The notes under the pieces are model-generated. The model was not told the origin of the DNA. It ran no database searches and saw nothing but the letters and a program-made list of their open reading frames with translations. Both the position numbers and the translations under genes were made by a program. Source: Myxococcota bacterium (GTDB lineage: Bacteria; Myxococcota_A; UBA9160; JAFDET01). Taken from it: DNA of 64,000 nucleotides. The stretch covers positions 2,497 to 66,496 of the forward strand of contig JANQFA010000038.1 in the NCBI GenBank assembly GCA_028278065.1. Reading direction: 5' to 3'. This document shows, piece after piece, positions 34,638-43,575 of the stretch (the stretch's first letter is position 1; each line of letters starts with the position of its first letter).

Positions 34638-37010
34638 TCAGACCAGGACACCCTGCCCCTTCAGGTCTTCGATCTCGTCGTCGGCGAGCTCCACGAGCTG
34701 CTTGAAGACGTAGTCGTTGTCCCCGCCCAGCGCCGGCGTTCCTCGCGTCACTTCCGGTGGCGTCTCGCTCAGAAGCCAGGGGGTGGAGTAGATCCGGCAG
34801 GGATCGAAGCCCTCGAACTCGTGCTGATAGCAGAGCCCCCGCTCGACGAAGTGGGGATGCTCGTTGCGCTCCTCGAGCTCCAGAACCGCCGACGCGGGTA
34901 TCCCCGCTTCCACCAGCTGCGCCACCGCCGTGTCGCGCTCCTGGGATCGGGTCCACGCCGTGACGGCCTCGGCGATCTCCCCGGCCCGCTCGCGACGCCG
35001 CTCGGCGCTCGCCAGCTCCGCATCCCCGGCCCAGTCGCCGCGCCCGATCAGGTCGCACAGGGCGCGCCACTCGGGCTCGCTGCGCACGGCGAGCGCGATC
35101 CATCTCTCGTCGCCCTCGGCCGCGAAGATCCCGTGCGGGAAGAAGCGTGTGTGACCGTTTCCCTGCGGCCCGACGGCGTCTCCCGCGAGCTGGTGGGCGA
35201 GCAGCGGCTCGCCGAGGGTCGAGGCCGCCGAGTCCATCTGGCTCACGTCCACGAACTGCCCCTCGCCGGTACGCGCGCGGTGGTGCAGAGCGGCCAGCGC
35301 CCCGATGACGCCCTGGATCGCCATGGTCGTATCGCCGAGACCGAAGGGCAGCAGGCCCGTGGAGGTGTCGATCTCGGGATAGCCCACCATCAGCTCCATC
35401 CCGGAGTATCCGGTGGCGATGGATGCGAAGCCGCGCATGCCACGCAGCGGCCCCTCCTGGCCGGCCATGCTCATGGAGACCGTGATGATCCGGGGGTTCT
35501 CCTTGCTGAGATCGTCGTGTGCGAGGCCGTTCTTCGCCATGACCCCCGCGGCGAAGTTGTCCATGACGATGTCCGCCTTGCGGGCCAGGCGCTGCACCAG
35601 CCGCTGGCCGTCCGGGCTCCCGAGGTTGAAGGTCGCGGACATCTTGCTGCGGTTGTTGTGGCAGAAGAACCAGGAGGTGTAGTCGAGGAAGCGCATCAGG
35701 TCCTGGCGCTTGCTGGTCTCGACACGGATCACCTCGGCACCCATGTCGGCCAGAAGCTGGCCGGCCATCGGGCCCGCCCAGTTCCAGCCGAAATCGAGCA
35801 CACGAACGCCCTCGAGGGCGCGGGCCGGGCCGTCGCCCTGCTCCAGGCGGATGGGCTCGGGGGGGCGCGCCCGCAACGCATCACCGTCGGCATCGAGAGC
35901 CGGCCCCCGCGTGCCGAGGGCCGTCGGCGTGTGCTTCAGCTGGTAGCCCGGCTTGGGTGCAACCGGACCCGGGTCGGCGATGCGAAGCTCGGAGAAGAGC
36001 TCGCGGAAGGCGTACTGCTCGCTCGCCAGAACCTCGTCCACGTTCTGGGCCACGCCCATGACGATGTTCTCGGCCATCGCCATCTCGATCAGCTCGGCGC
36101 GGGTGTACTCCATCAGCCAGCTCTTGAAGTGCTTGTCGGCCGGCTTGGAGTCGACCAGGCCCAGATAGGCGGCGTTCCCGGCCTGCCCTTCCTTGGACCA
36201 CCTGGGGTTGTCCATCAGGGCGAGGAAGGCCTCCCACTGCTTGGGTGTCTGCGAGGCGATGCACACGAAGCCGTCCTTGCAGGCGAAGAAGCCGGTGGGA
36301 TACATGGAGCCCTTCATCGACGTGCTTCGCTGGCCCCACTTCGACCCGCCCTTCGCGCCGACCAGGTGCATGCCCCCGACGCAGTAGGCCATCACCTGCG
36401 CCACCGAGACGTCGACGCCCTGTCCTCGACCGGAGGAGCGCCGCGCGTACAGCGCGCACAGGGCAGCCGCGAAGGCGTGCAGGGCAGCCTGGTAGTCGCC
36501 CTGCTCGAAGGGGATGCGCAGAGGCTCCCGATCGGGCATGCCCAGCGCGAGAGGCAGGGAGGCAGCAGCCTGGGCCGTGAGGTCGACTCCGGGACGGTCT
36601 GCCCAGGGTCCGCTGCGCCCGTAGGGCGAGAGAGACACCACGACCAGGTGCGGGTGGCGTGCCAGGAGCGAAGCCGAGTCCAGCCCGAAGCGCGCGTACT
36701 CGGCGGGCTCGCTGTTCTCGACCAGCACGTCGGCGCCGGCGAGCAGGGTGTGGAAGAACTCGAGCTGATCCGGGTCTTCCAGGTCGGCGACGACGCCCCG
36801 CTTTCCGGCGTTCAGGTAGTGGAAGATCCCGCTGGCGTCGGGGTGCGCGCCGCCGCCCGCAAAGGGCCCCTGGGCGCGGGACGGATCGCCGCCGGGAGCC
36901 TCGACCTTGATCACGTCGGCACCCAGATCGGCGAACAGGCGCGCGCAGTAGGGACCGGACACGTCCCGGCCCAGCTCCACCACGCGCAGGTCTTCGAGCG
37001 CGCCCGCCAT
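34638..37010 (-). CDS. Fused double-domain family III (CaiB/BaiF-type) CoA-transferase
   Basis: 790 aa with two modules (LRVVELGRDVSGPYCARLFADLGADVIKVEAP and LEGVRVLDFGWNWAGPMAGQLLADMGAEVIRVET). It is a paralogue of 21804-24218. Confidence 0.9.
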   Translation of the reverse strand: MAGALEDLRVVELGRDVSGPYCARLFADLGADVIKVEAPGGDPSRAQGPFAGGGAHPDASGIFHYLNAGKRGVVADLEDPDQLEFFHTLLAGADVLVENSEPAEYARFGLDSASLLARHPHLVVVSLSPYGRSGPWADRPGVDLTAQAAASLPLALGMPDREPLRIPFEQGDYQAALHAFAAALCALYARRSSGRGQGVDVSVAQVMAYCVGGMHLVGAKGGSKWGQRSTSMKGSMYPTGFFACKDGFVCIASQTPKQWEAFLALMDNPRWSKEGQAGNAAYLGLVDSKPADKHFKSWLMEYTRAELIEMAMAENIVMGVAQNVDEVLASEQYAFRELFSELRIADPGPVAPKPGYQLKHTPTALGTRGPALDADGDALRARPPEPIRLEQGDGPARALEGVRVLDFGWNWAGPMAGQLLADMGAEVIRVETSKRQDLMRFLDYTSWFFCHNNRSKMSATFNLGSPDGQRLVQRLARKADIVMDNFAAGVMAKNGLAHDDLSKENPRIITVSMSMAGQEGPLRGMRGFASIATGYSGMELMVGYPEIDTSTGLLPFGLGDTTMAIQGVIGALAALHHRARTGEGQFVDVSQMDSAASTLGEPLLAHQLAGDAVGPQGNGHTRFFPHGIFAAEGDERWIALAVRSEPEWRALCDLIGRGDWAGDAELASAERRRERAGEIAEAVTAWTRSQERDTAVAQLVEAGIPASAVLELEERNEHPHFVERGLCYQHEFEGFDPCRIYSTPWLLSETPPEVTRGTPALGGDNDYVFKQLVELADDEIEDLKGQGVLV

Positions 37011-37012
37011 CG

Positions 37013-38227
37013 TCAGCCCTGCCCCTTGGACGGAAGCTCCACCGTCGCTTCACCATCGGTGGTGCGCTGGCCCCGCGGATGGCTCATCGTCCAGATGTCG
37101 AGATCGACCAGATGCTCGTCGCCCTCGACCCGCTTTCCCTTCACCTTGGCGTAGAGCCGGCAGGCGTCCCCCTGCCAGTGGAATCCCCGGAACTGGCATC
37201 CGAGGTTGCGGAGCTTGCCGTGGTCGCCCATCCAGCCGTTGAAGAGCTGGGTGAACCAGCTCAGCCGCTCGAAGCCCGCCTCGTATGCGCCCGGCATGCC
37301 CAGGTACTTCTCACAGCGCTCGTTGGTCCAGTGGATGGCCACGGGCGGCTCCGGGACGTTCTCCTCGTTGCGGATCGGCAGGTTCGGCTGCTTCTCCCAG
37401 AGAGCCAGCGCCAGCTCGTGCCCGACGAACCAGCCCATGGCGCCGAAGGCCAGCTCGAAGGCGATCTTGCTCGTCAGGGTCACCGGCCCCTTGATGATGT
37501 ACGGAACCTCGTCGCCCTCCTTCACGTCCTCGAAGTACAGGGGTTCCTTGCCTCGTCGGTTCTTGAGGTTCTGATCGTGGTACTCCTGCCAGACCCCTTC
37601 GAGCTCCTCCTCGGACCACATGTGACGCTCGATTCCGGCGTACTTGCTCTCCTTCTTCGCGCTGCTGCGCGAGAATCGATGCCAGGACGTGCGGTAGGTG
37701 CCGACGTACTCATCCTGGAGCGTCTCGACCTTGGTCGCATAGTTCTGGACCGCAGCGCGCCCCCCGGCGAACTTGCTGTCCTCGATGATGTAGGCGTCCT
37801 CGAGGATCGTGGTCCCCTTCACGACCTCGTCCGCGAAGATCGGACGCTTCCAGTCGTACTCGACCCCGCGCCAGATGGTATGACAGCCCGGGAACCCGTC
37901 CGAGGCGCCGTTGACCGTCTCGGCGTAGCAGAGGACCGTCGGGGGGGTGATGATCCGACCCCATGGCGAGGCCTCTGCGTACGGCTTCTTGTGGTAGAGC
38001 GGGTTCATGTCCGCGAAGCCGCGCGCATAGCGACTCACCGTCTCCGCACTCATCGCGAACAATGCGAGCTTCGGTGCCGGCGTCTCCTTCTCGCCCTTCT
38101 TCTTGTTCTCGGTGATCGACTGCATCGTGCCGCGCTTGAGGCGGGGGACACCCTTGCGCTCGAGCAGGCGCTCGAGACTCGCATCGGTGATCTCGCCCCA
38201 GACCTCGCCCTCTCTCAGATCTGCCAT
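37013..38227 (-). CDS. MaoC-like double hot-dog (R)-hydratase/dehydratase family protein
   Basis: 404 aa. The hydratase-like motif is YARGFADMNPLYHKKPYAEAS and the second half also looks hot-dog-like. Its stop lies 2 nt before the CoA-transferase start. Confidence 0.8.
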   Translation of the reverse strand: MADLREGEVWGEITDASLERLLERKGVPRLKRGTMQSITENKKKGEKETPAPKLALFAMSAETVSRYARGFADMNPLYHKKPYAEASPWGRIITPPTVLCYAETVNGASDGFPGCHTIWRGVEYDWKRPIFADEVVKGTTILEDAYIIEDSKFAGGRAAVQNYATKVETLQDEYVGTYRTSWHRFSRSSAKKESKYAGIERHMWSEEELEGVWQEYHDQNLKNRRGKEPLYFEDVKEGDEVPYIIKGPVTLTSKIAFELAFGAMGWFVGHELALALWEKQPNLPIRNEENVPEPPVAIHWTNERCEKYLGMPGAYEAGFERLSWFTQLFNGWMGDHGKLRNLGCQFRGFHWQGDACRLYAKVKGKRVEGDEHLVDLDIWTMSHPRGQRTTDGEATVELPSKGQG

Positions 38228-38242
38228 CTTCCGTGCCTCTTC

Positions 38243-39202
38243 CTATTCTTCGAGCTTCAGGAAGCGGGCCACGTTGTCGTACAGAACGGCCCGCTTGGTG
38301 TCTTCGCCGATGTCGAGCTCCAGGAACTCGCGCTTGCAGCGTTCGAGCCCCAGCCCGTTGGTGCCGAACAGCACCTTGTCCCGCCCGCGACCCGAGTCCA
38401 TGAACTTGATCAGCCGATCGTCCAGGGCCTTGGGGTAGTAGGCCGAGATGTCGCCGTAGACGTTCGGGTGACGCCAGAGCATCGAGCACCACTCGTCCAC
38501 CCACGGCCAGCCCGTGTGGGAGAGGTTGATGCGGAGGTCCGGGAAGTCGATGGCCACGTCGTCGGCGAGCATCGGCCTCCCGCAGTCGGAGGGCAGCACC
38601 TCCGCCGAGTGACCCACCTGGAAGCCCACGGCGATGTCCAGCTCCACACACTTCTGGTAGAGCGGATAGAAGCGTCGGTCGTTGGGCGGCAGGCCGAAGG
38701 ACAGCGGGTGGAACCAGACGTATTTGAAGCCCAGCTCCTTCGCCCCGCGCTCGACGTCCGCGATGCTCTGGCCGATGTGGAAGGGGCTGTAGCTGGCCGC
38801 ACCCACGATGCGCCCGGCCGTCTCCTTCACGGCATCGCCGATCGGGTCCATCGGGTAGTCCATGATGAAATCGTGGTGGTAGTGGTAGGACCACATCTTG
38901 GTCGCACATACGGCGATGTGGGCGTAACCGAGCTCATCCATGTCGGCCACGCATTCGGCCGGCGAGGCGTGGCCGCTGAGCATGCCGGTACCCCCACCGC
39001 CGCTCGACTTCTTCCTGCTCCCATCCTCTCCGCCGCCCTTCGCCCGGGTCTCGGGCGGCTTCGCGGTCAGCTTCTTGAAGGTCGTCTGCAGCATGATCTG
39101 GAACTCGCGGAAGGCGAAGGGGTTCCCCGCCAGATCGCGACGGATCTCCAGGATGTGGTTCATGATGTCGATGGACGGGTAGTCCTTCAGATCGATGCTC
39201 AT
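38243..39202 (-). CDS. Amidohydrolase_2 (ACMSD/LigW/LigI-type TIM-barrel) family protein, atypical
   Basis: 319 aa. Family blocks are present (FKYVWFHPLSFG, GFQVGHS, NLSHTGWPW, VLFGTNGLG). The N-terminal HxH reads IDIMNHI and the C-terminal G[ST]D reads GTN. A Gly/Ser/Lys-rich insertion is KPPETRAKGGGEDGSRKKSSGGGGTG. Confidence 0.85.
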   Translation of the reverse strand: MSIDLKDYPSIDIMNHILEIRRDLAGNPFAFREFQIMLQTTFKKLTAKPPETRAKGGGEDGSRKKSSGGGGTGMLSGHASPAECVADMDELGYAHIAVCATKMWSYHYHHDFIMDYPMDPIGDAVKETAGRIVGAASYSPFHIGQSIADVERGAKELGFKYVWFHPLSFGLPPNDRRFYPLYQKCVELDIAVGFQVGHSAEVLPSDCGRPMLADDVAIDFPDLRINLSHTGWPWVDEWCSMLWRHPNVYGDISAYYPKALDDRLIKFMDSGRGRDKVLFGTNGLGLERCKREFLELDIGEDTKRAVLYDNVARFLKLEE

Positions 39203-41202
39203 CAGATCTCCATTCCGACGCGGGCGCCGTGCTGTGTCGCCTCCGCAAGGAGGCGGGGCACCCAGGCCGACCCCACCAGGAAGAGCCGCGCCGCCGTACC
39301 GGCCTCCTTCAGCTCGTAGTACAGGCGGGCGTCGGGCACCGATCCGTAGACCAGGACCACGCTATCGAACCCCTCGAAGGTATGTGTCCGTCCGCCGAAG
39401 GCGGAGCGGAACTCGAGCTTGCCCTTCGTCACCGAAGCGAGTCGCATTCCCGTATGGAACACCACCTCGTGCTCGACCAGGCGCGTCATCACGGGGCCGA
39501 TGGAGTAGCGGTCGATCTCGGCGCCGATCCCCATCCATTTGTGGAAGACCTCGACCCTCCGGCCCCGCTCGGCCAGGTAGTCCGCCACGTTCGGCGTCTC
39601 GAAATGGTCCTCCTGTGAGACCACGGCGACCCGCTCTCCCACCTCCGCCTGGCCCGCCAGAACATCCCAGCCCTGCACGACTTCGGCGGGATCGAGACCC
39701 GGGGTGTCCGGCCACCTGGGAACCGACCCGGTGGCACAGGCCACGGCGTCGGGCTCCAGGTCCAGCACCCCGGCCGCCCCGAGCTCGGTCTCGAGGCGCA
39801 CGTCGACGCCGAGCATCTCGAGCTGGTTCTCCTGGAAGATCCTGAAGTCGTCGTAGGCATCGCGGCCTGGCGCCGCGGACGCGAGGTTCACCTGCCCTCC
39901 CAGGCGCTGTCCGCGCTCCAGCAGGATGACCTCGTGGCCCCGCTTCGCGGCGACCCGCGCGGCCTCGCAGCCCGCTGCACCCCCACCCACGACCACCAGG
40001 CGCTTCTTCTCCGCGGCAGGCCCCGCGTTGGCCGCGTAGAAGAGCTCGTTCCCCACCTCGGGATTCACGGAGCAGGTCGGCTTCTGGAACAGGGTGGGCG
40101 CGTCGTCCTTGACCGATTTGGCGATGCAGCGGTTGCAGCCGATGCAGCGTCGCATCTCCTGGAGCCGCCCCTCCCTGGCCTTGTTGGCGAATTCCGGATC
40201 GGCGATCCCGGCTCGCGTCATGCCCACCAGGTCGCAGCACCCCTGCTCCAGGAGCTGCTCGGCGATGCCCGGGTCGTTCACCCGCCCGGAGAAGAGCAAC
40301 GCGATGCCTTCCAGGTCCACCTTGAGCGCCTTGCCCGCCTCGCGATAGACGGCGTGACCGTAGTAGGAGGGCTGCACGTAGGAGGGCCCGCCCCAGGAGT
40401 GCCCGACATCGACGTTCACGAAGTCGAGGGTCCCCGTCTCGGCGACGTGGCTCATCATCTCGCGCAGCTCGAGGAGGTCGTAGCCGCCTTCTCGCGTCTC
40501 CTGCCCGTTGACCCGGACGCCCAGGGCGACGCGGTCGCCGACCTGCTCCTTGACGCCCAGCAGCACCTCCCGCAGGAAGCGGGTTCGATCGCGGGCATCG
40601 CCGCCCCACTCGTCGCTTCGCTTGTTGAGCGCAGGGGAGAGGAAGCTCTGCGGAAGCGTCTCGTGTGCGCAGTGGATCTCGATGCCGTCCACCCCGGCCT
40701 CGAGGAACTTGACGGCCGCCTCTGCGTAGGTGCGAATGAGCTGCTTGATCTCCTCCGAGTCGAGCTCGTGGGGAACCCAGTCGTAGGCCTCGACCAGGGG
40801 GACGGACGAGGCCGCCATGGTGAAGTTCAGCTGGGTCAGCTGGCAGACCGTGACGGCACCCGTCTCGCGCACCGCATCGGCGAACTTCGCCACGCTCTCG
40901 CTGAAGCCCGGCATGGCGAAGAGGGGAACGCGCACCGCCCCGGTTCCCGGAAAGAACTCCTCCGCAGCCTCCTGCGGGATGGGCGAGTTCAGCAGGAAGG
41001 TCTCGCTCCCGATCCAGCCCGTGCCGCCCTTCGCCTTGGCGAGGTGGTGTGCGATGAAGGGCTCGTCGACGAAGCCCGGCATCTGGGCAGCGCGAATGGT
41101 GTTCGTCGTCTCGCAGATGCGGTTGGGGACGCGCATCGGGCCGACCTGGAGCGGCTCGAAGAGGCGCCTGAACCGCGGCCCGGTACCGGAGGTGGCGCTC
41201 AT
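39202..41202 (-). CDS. FadH/BaiH-like Fe-S flavoenzyme (OYE-type NADH:flavin oxidoreductase fused to an FAD/NAD(P) domain; 2,4-dienoyl-CoA-reductase-like)
   Basis: 666 aa from ATG 41200-41202 (MSATSGTGPRFRRLFEPLQVGP...). It combines an OYE TIM-barrel N-half, a 4Fe-4S cluster motif (CIGCNRCI...C) and GxGxxG (VVVGGGAAGCEAA). Its stop overlaps the amidohydrolase start by 1 nt. Confidence 0.9.
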   Translation of the reverse strand: MSATSGTGPRFRRLFEPLQVGPMRVPNRICETTNTIRAAQMPGFVDEPFIAHHLAKAKGGTGWIGSETFLLNSPIPQEAAEEFFPGTGAVRVPLFAMPGFSESVAKFADAVRETGAVTVCQLTQLNFTMAASSVPLVEAYDWVPHELDSEEIKQLIRTYAEAAVKFLEAGVDGIEIHCAHETLPQSFLSPALNKRSDEWGGDARDRTRFLREVLLGVKEQVGDRVALGVRVNGQETREGGYDLLELREMMSHVAETGTLDFVNVDVGHSWGGPSYVQPSYYGHAVYREAGKALKVDLEGIALLFSGRVNDPGIAEQLLEQGCCDLVGMTRAGIADPEFANKAREGRLQEMRRCIGCNRCIAKSVKDDAPTLFQKPTCSVNPEVGNELFYAANAGPAAEKKRLVVVGGGAAGCEAARVAAKRGHEVILLERGQRLGGQVNLASAAPGRDAYDDFRIFQENQLEMLGVDVRLETELGAAGVLDLEPDAVACATGSVPRWPDTPGLDPAEVVQGWDVLAGQAEVGERVAVVSQEDHFETPNVADYLAERGRRVEVFHKWMGIGAEIDRYSIGPVMTRLVEHEVVFHTGMRLASVTKGKLEFRSAFGGRTHTFEGFDSVVLVYGSVPDARLYYELKEAGTAARLFLVGSAWVPRLLAEATQHGARVGMEI

Positions 41203-41212
41203 CCCCGCCCCT

Positions 41213-42352
41213 TCATGCCTTGACCGGCGCAACCCACGATTCGCCCATGTAGTCCGCGATGCGGTCGCGGTGATGATCCGCATCGCCCTGCATGGCCGCG
41301 TTGCAGCGCGCGCGGCGCAGGTGGAGGTGGACATCGTACTCCCACGTGAAGCCGACTCCGCCGTGGATCTGCATGGCCGTCTCGGCTGCCGCGACCGCGG
41401 TGTCGCCGAGCCACGCCTTCGCGGCGGAGACCAGGGGCGCGGCGTTGTCGCGGCCTTCGTCGAGCGCCAGGCAGGCGGCGAAGAGGAGGCTGCGTCCGAT
41501 CTCCACCTCGACCAGGGTGTCGGCCAGGCGATGGCTCACCGCCTGGAAGGTCCCGATCGGCTTTCCGAACTGCACCCTCTCGCAGGCGTACAGCCGCGTG
41601 AGCTCGAGGGAGGCCTCTGCGCTGCCCAGCAGGTCCGCGGCCAGAAGCACGGTCCAGATGTCGTACACCTCGCGCAGGAGGGCTTCTCCGCGTTCGGCTC
41701 CGGCGAGAACTCCGCCCTCGGCCGCTGCACCCTCGAGGATGACCTCGCCGCAGGACTGGGCATCCATGCGGTCCATGCGGTTGATGGTCACTCCCTCGGC
41801 GGCGGCGGGCACGCACCAGAGCGCCGGCCCCTGAGACGTTCGCGCGGCGACCAGCAGCCGATCGGCCTCGTTCGCCTCCGGGACGAGGATCTTGTGGCCG
41901 CTGACCCGCCAGACGCCCGCTTCCTCGCGGGCTTCCGCGCTCACGGCGTCGGGTCCGTAGAGCCCGCCCGGCTCTTCGATCCCCACGCTGACGCGCCGGC
42001 TCCCCGCGATCAGCTCCGGCAGCAGGTTCTTGCAGAGAGCCTCGTCCCGACTGCGGTCGAGTGCGATCGCGGCGACGAGCGACGACTCGAACGGGCCCGG
42101 CAGGACTCCCCGTCCCGCCTCCTGACAGAGGACGGCGGCGGTCGTCACGTCGCCGCCGATCCCGCCCGCCTCCTCCGAGGCCGCCACTCCGAGCCAGCCC
42201 ATCTCGACGATCTCGCGCCAGACATCGTCGTCGATCAGGGCCGGTCGAGCGTCCAGGAGCTGGCGCGAGCGTTCCGTGGGCCATCGCTCGGCGAGGAAGT
42301 CGCGAGCCATCTCCTGGAGCGCGTGCTGCTCTTCGCTGAGGTCGAAGTCCAT
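41213..42352 (-). CDS. Acyl-CoA dehydrogenase family protein (second of an adjacent pair)
   Basis: 379 aa from ATG 42350-42352 (MDFDLSEEQHALQEMARDFLAE...). The ACAD C-terminal block is QIHGGVGFTWEYDVHLHLRRAR. Confidence 0.88.
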   Translation of the reverse strand: MDFDLSEEQHALQEMARDFLAERWPTERSRQLLDARPALIDDDVWREIVEMGWLGVAASEEAGGIGGDVTTAAVLCQEAGRGVLPGPFESSLVAAIALDRSRDEALCKNLLPELIAGSRRVSVGIEEPGGLYGPDAVSAEAREEAGVWRVSGHKILVPEANEADRLLVAARTSQGPALWCVPAAAEGVTINRMDRMDAQSCGEVILEGAAAEGGVLAGAERGEALLREVYDIWTVLLAADLLGSAEASLELTRLYACERVQFGKPIGTFQAVSHRLADTLVEVEIGRSLLFAACLALDEGRDNAAPLVSAAKAWLGDTAVAAAETAMQIHGGVGFTWEYDVHLHLRRARCNAAMQGDADHHRDRIADYMGESWVAPVKA

Positions 42353-42363
42353 CCGGTCTTTCC

Positions 42364-43575
42364 TCAGTCGTCCTGGAGGCGCGGAAGGCCGAGGACCTTC
42401 TCCGCGATGACGTTGCGCATGATCTCGCTCGTTCCCCCACCGATGGAGTGCGCGAGGGCATCGAAGTAGGCGGCGTGCCAGCGCCCCCGCTCGACGACGT
42501 GGGGGGAGCGCTTGGCCACGGGGCCGAGCGGCCCTTCGAGCTGCAGGGCCGTTCGCGTCATCTCCTGCCTCACCTCGGAGGCGAAGAGCTTGCCGACCGA
42601 CGCCCCGGGCCCGGGCGGCTTGCCCGCGATCTGGTCGCTCAGGGTGCGGTAGCCCAGGTGGCGCAGGCCCTCGATCTCGATCCAGTGCTGGGCCAGGGCC
42701 CGTCGCGCACCCGCGTCCGCCAGGGCCTGGTCCGTGCCCCGCTTCAGGCCTCCCGCCATGCGCCACAGGCGCCCCAGGGTCTCCTCCAGGGCGATCACCC
42801 CGGAGAGCCCGCTCCGCTCGTGGTCGAGCGAGCTGCGCGCGATCGACCACCCCCGGTTCAGCTCGCCCACCAGGTTGTCGCGCGGAACGCGCACGTCGTC
42901 GAGGAACACCTCGCTGAAATGCTGGCCGCCGGCCGCGTTGCGCAGAGGGCGAACGTTGATGCCCGGCGTCTTCATGTCGAGCAGCAGGTAGCTGATGCCC
43001 TCCCGCTTGGGAGCATCGGGATCCGTGCGAACCAGCAGGAACATCCAGTTCGAGAGGAAGGCCAGGCTGGTCCACACCTTCTGTCCGTTGACGACGAACT
43101 CGTCGCCGTCGAGCTCGGCGCGGCAGCGCAGCGACGCCAGGTCACTACCCGCCTCGGGCTCGCTGAAGCCCTGACACCAGAGGTCGTCGGCGCTCAGGAT
43201 GCGCGGCAGGAAGCGCCGCTTCTGCTCCTCGCTGCCGTGCTGCACCAGGGTGGGCCCGATGATCGTGAGCCCGATGGTGTTGATCAGCGGAGGCGTGCGG
43301 ACCCTCGCCATCTCCTCGGCGCAGATCACCTGCTCGGTGAACGAGGCGTCCTGGCCCCCGTACTCCTTCGGCCAGGCGAGCCCGACATAGCCGGCTTCGT
43401 GGAGCCGTCGTGCCCAGGCGCGAGCGCCGGCGAGCGGGTCCTTGGCAGCCCCGGGGTCCTTCTCGGCCTGCCTCATGACCGCATTGGCCGAGCCGCCCTC
43501 GCCGAGGTTGTCCCTCAGCCACGCGCGGAGGCGCTGTCGATAGTCCTCGTCTGCCTTCGAGAATTCGAGATCCAC
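42364..43575 (-). CDS. Acyl-CoA dehydrogenase family protein (first of an adjacent pair)
   Basis: 403 aa with a GTG start overlapping the LLM stop by 1 nt. ACAD blocks are WCQGFSEPEAGSDLASL and IGGGTSEIMRNVIAEKVLGLPR. Confidence 0.9.
   Translation of the reverse strand: MDLEFSKADEDYRQRLRAWLRDNLGEGGSANAVMRQAEKDPGAAKDPLAGARAWARRLHEAGYVGLAWPKEYGGQDASFTEQVICAEEMARVRTPPLINTIGLTIIGPTLVQHGSEEQKRRFLPRILSADDLWCQGFSEPEAGSDLASLRCRAELDGDEFVVNGQKVWTSLAFLSNWMFLLVRTDPDAPKREGISYLLLDMKTPGINVRPLRNAAGGQHFSEVFLDDVRVPRDNLVGELNRGWSIARSSLDHERSGLSGVIALEETLGRLWRMAGGLKRGTDQALADAGARRALAQHWIEIEGLRHLGYRTLSDQIAGKPPGPGASVGKLFASEVRQEMTRTALQLEGPLGPVAKRSPHVVERGRWHAAYFDALAHSIGGGTSEIMRNVIAEKVLGLPRLQDD

Noticed and set aside
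32898-37154. Longest ORF in the track (1418 aa, + strand).
   Set aside because: It is antisense to the acyl-CoA ligase and fused CoA-transferase genes, both of which carry clear family motifs. Its composition is dominated by R/G/A/P/L/V/D/H, as expected from reading a GC-rich gene backwards, and no motifs are recognisable.
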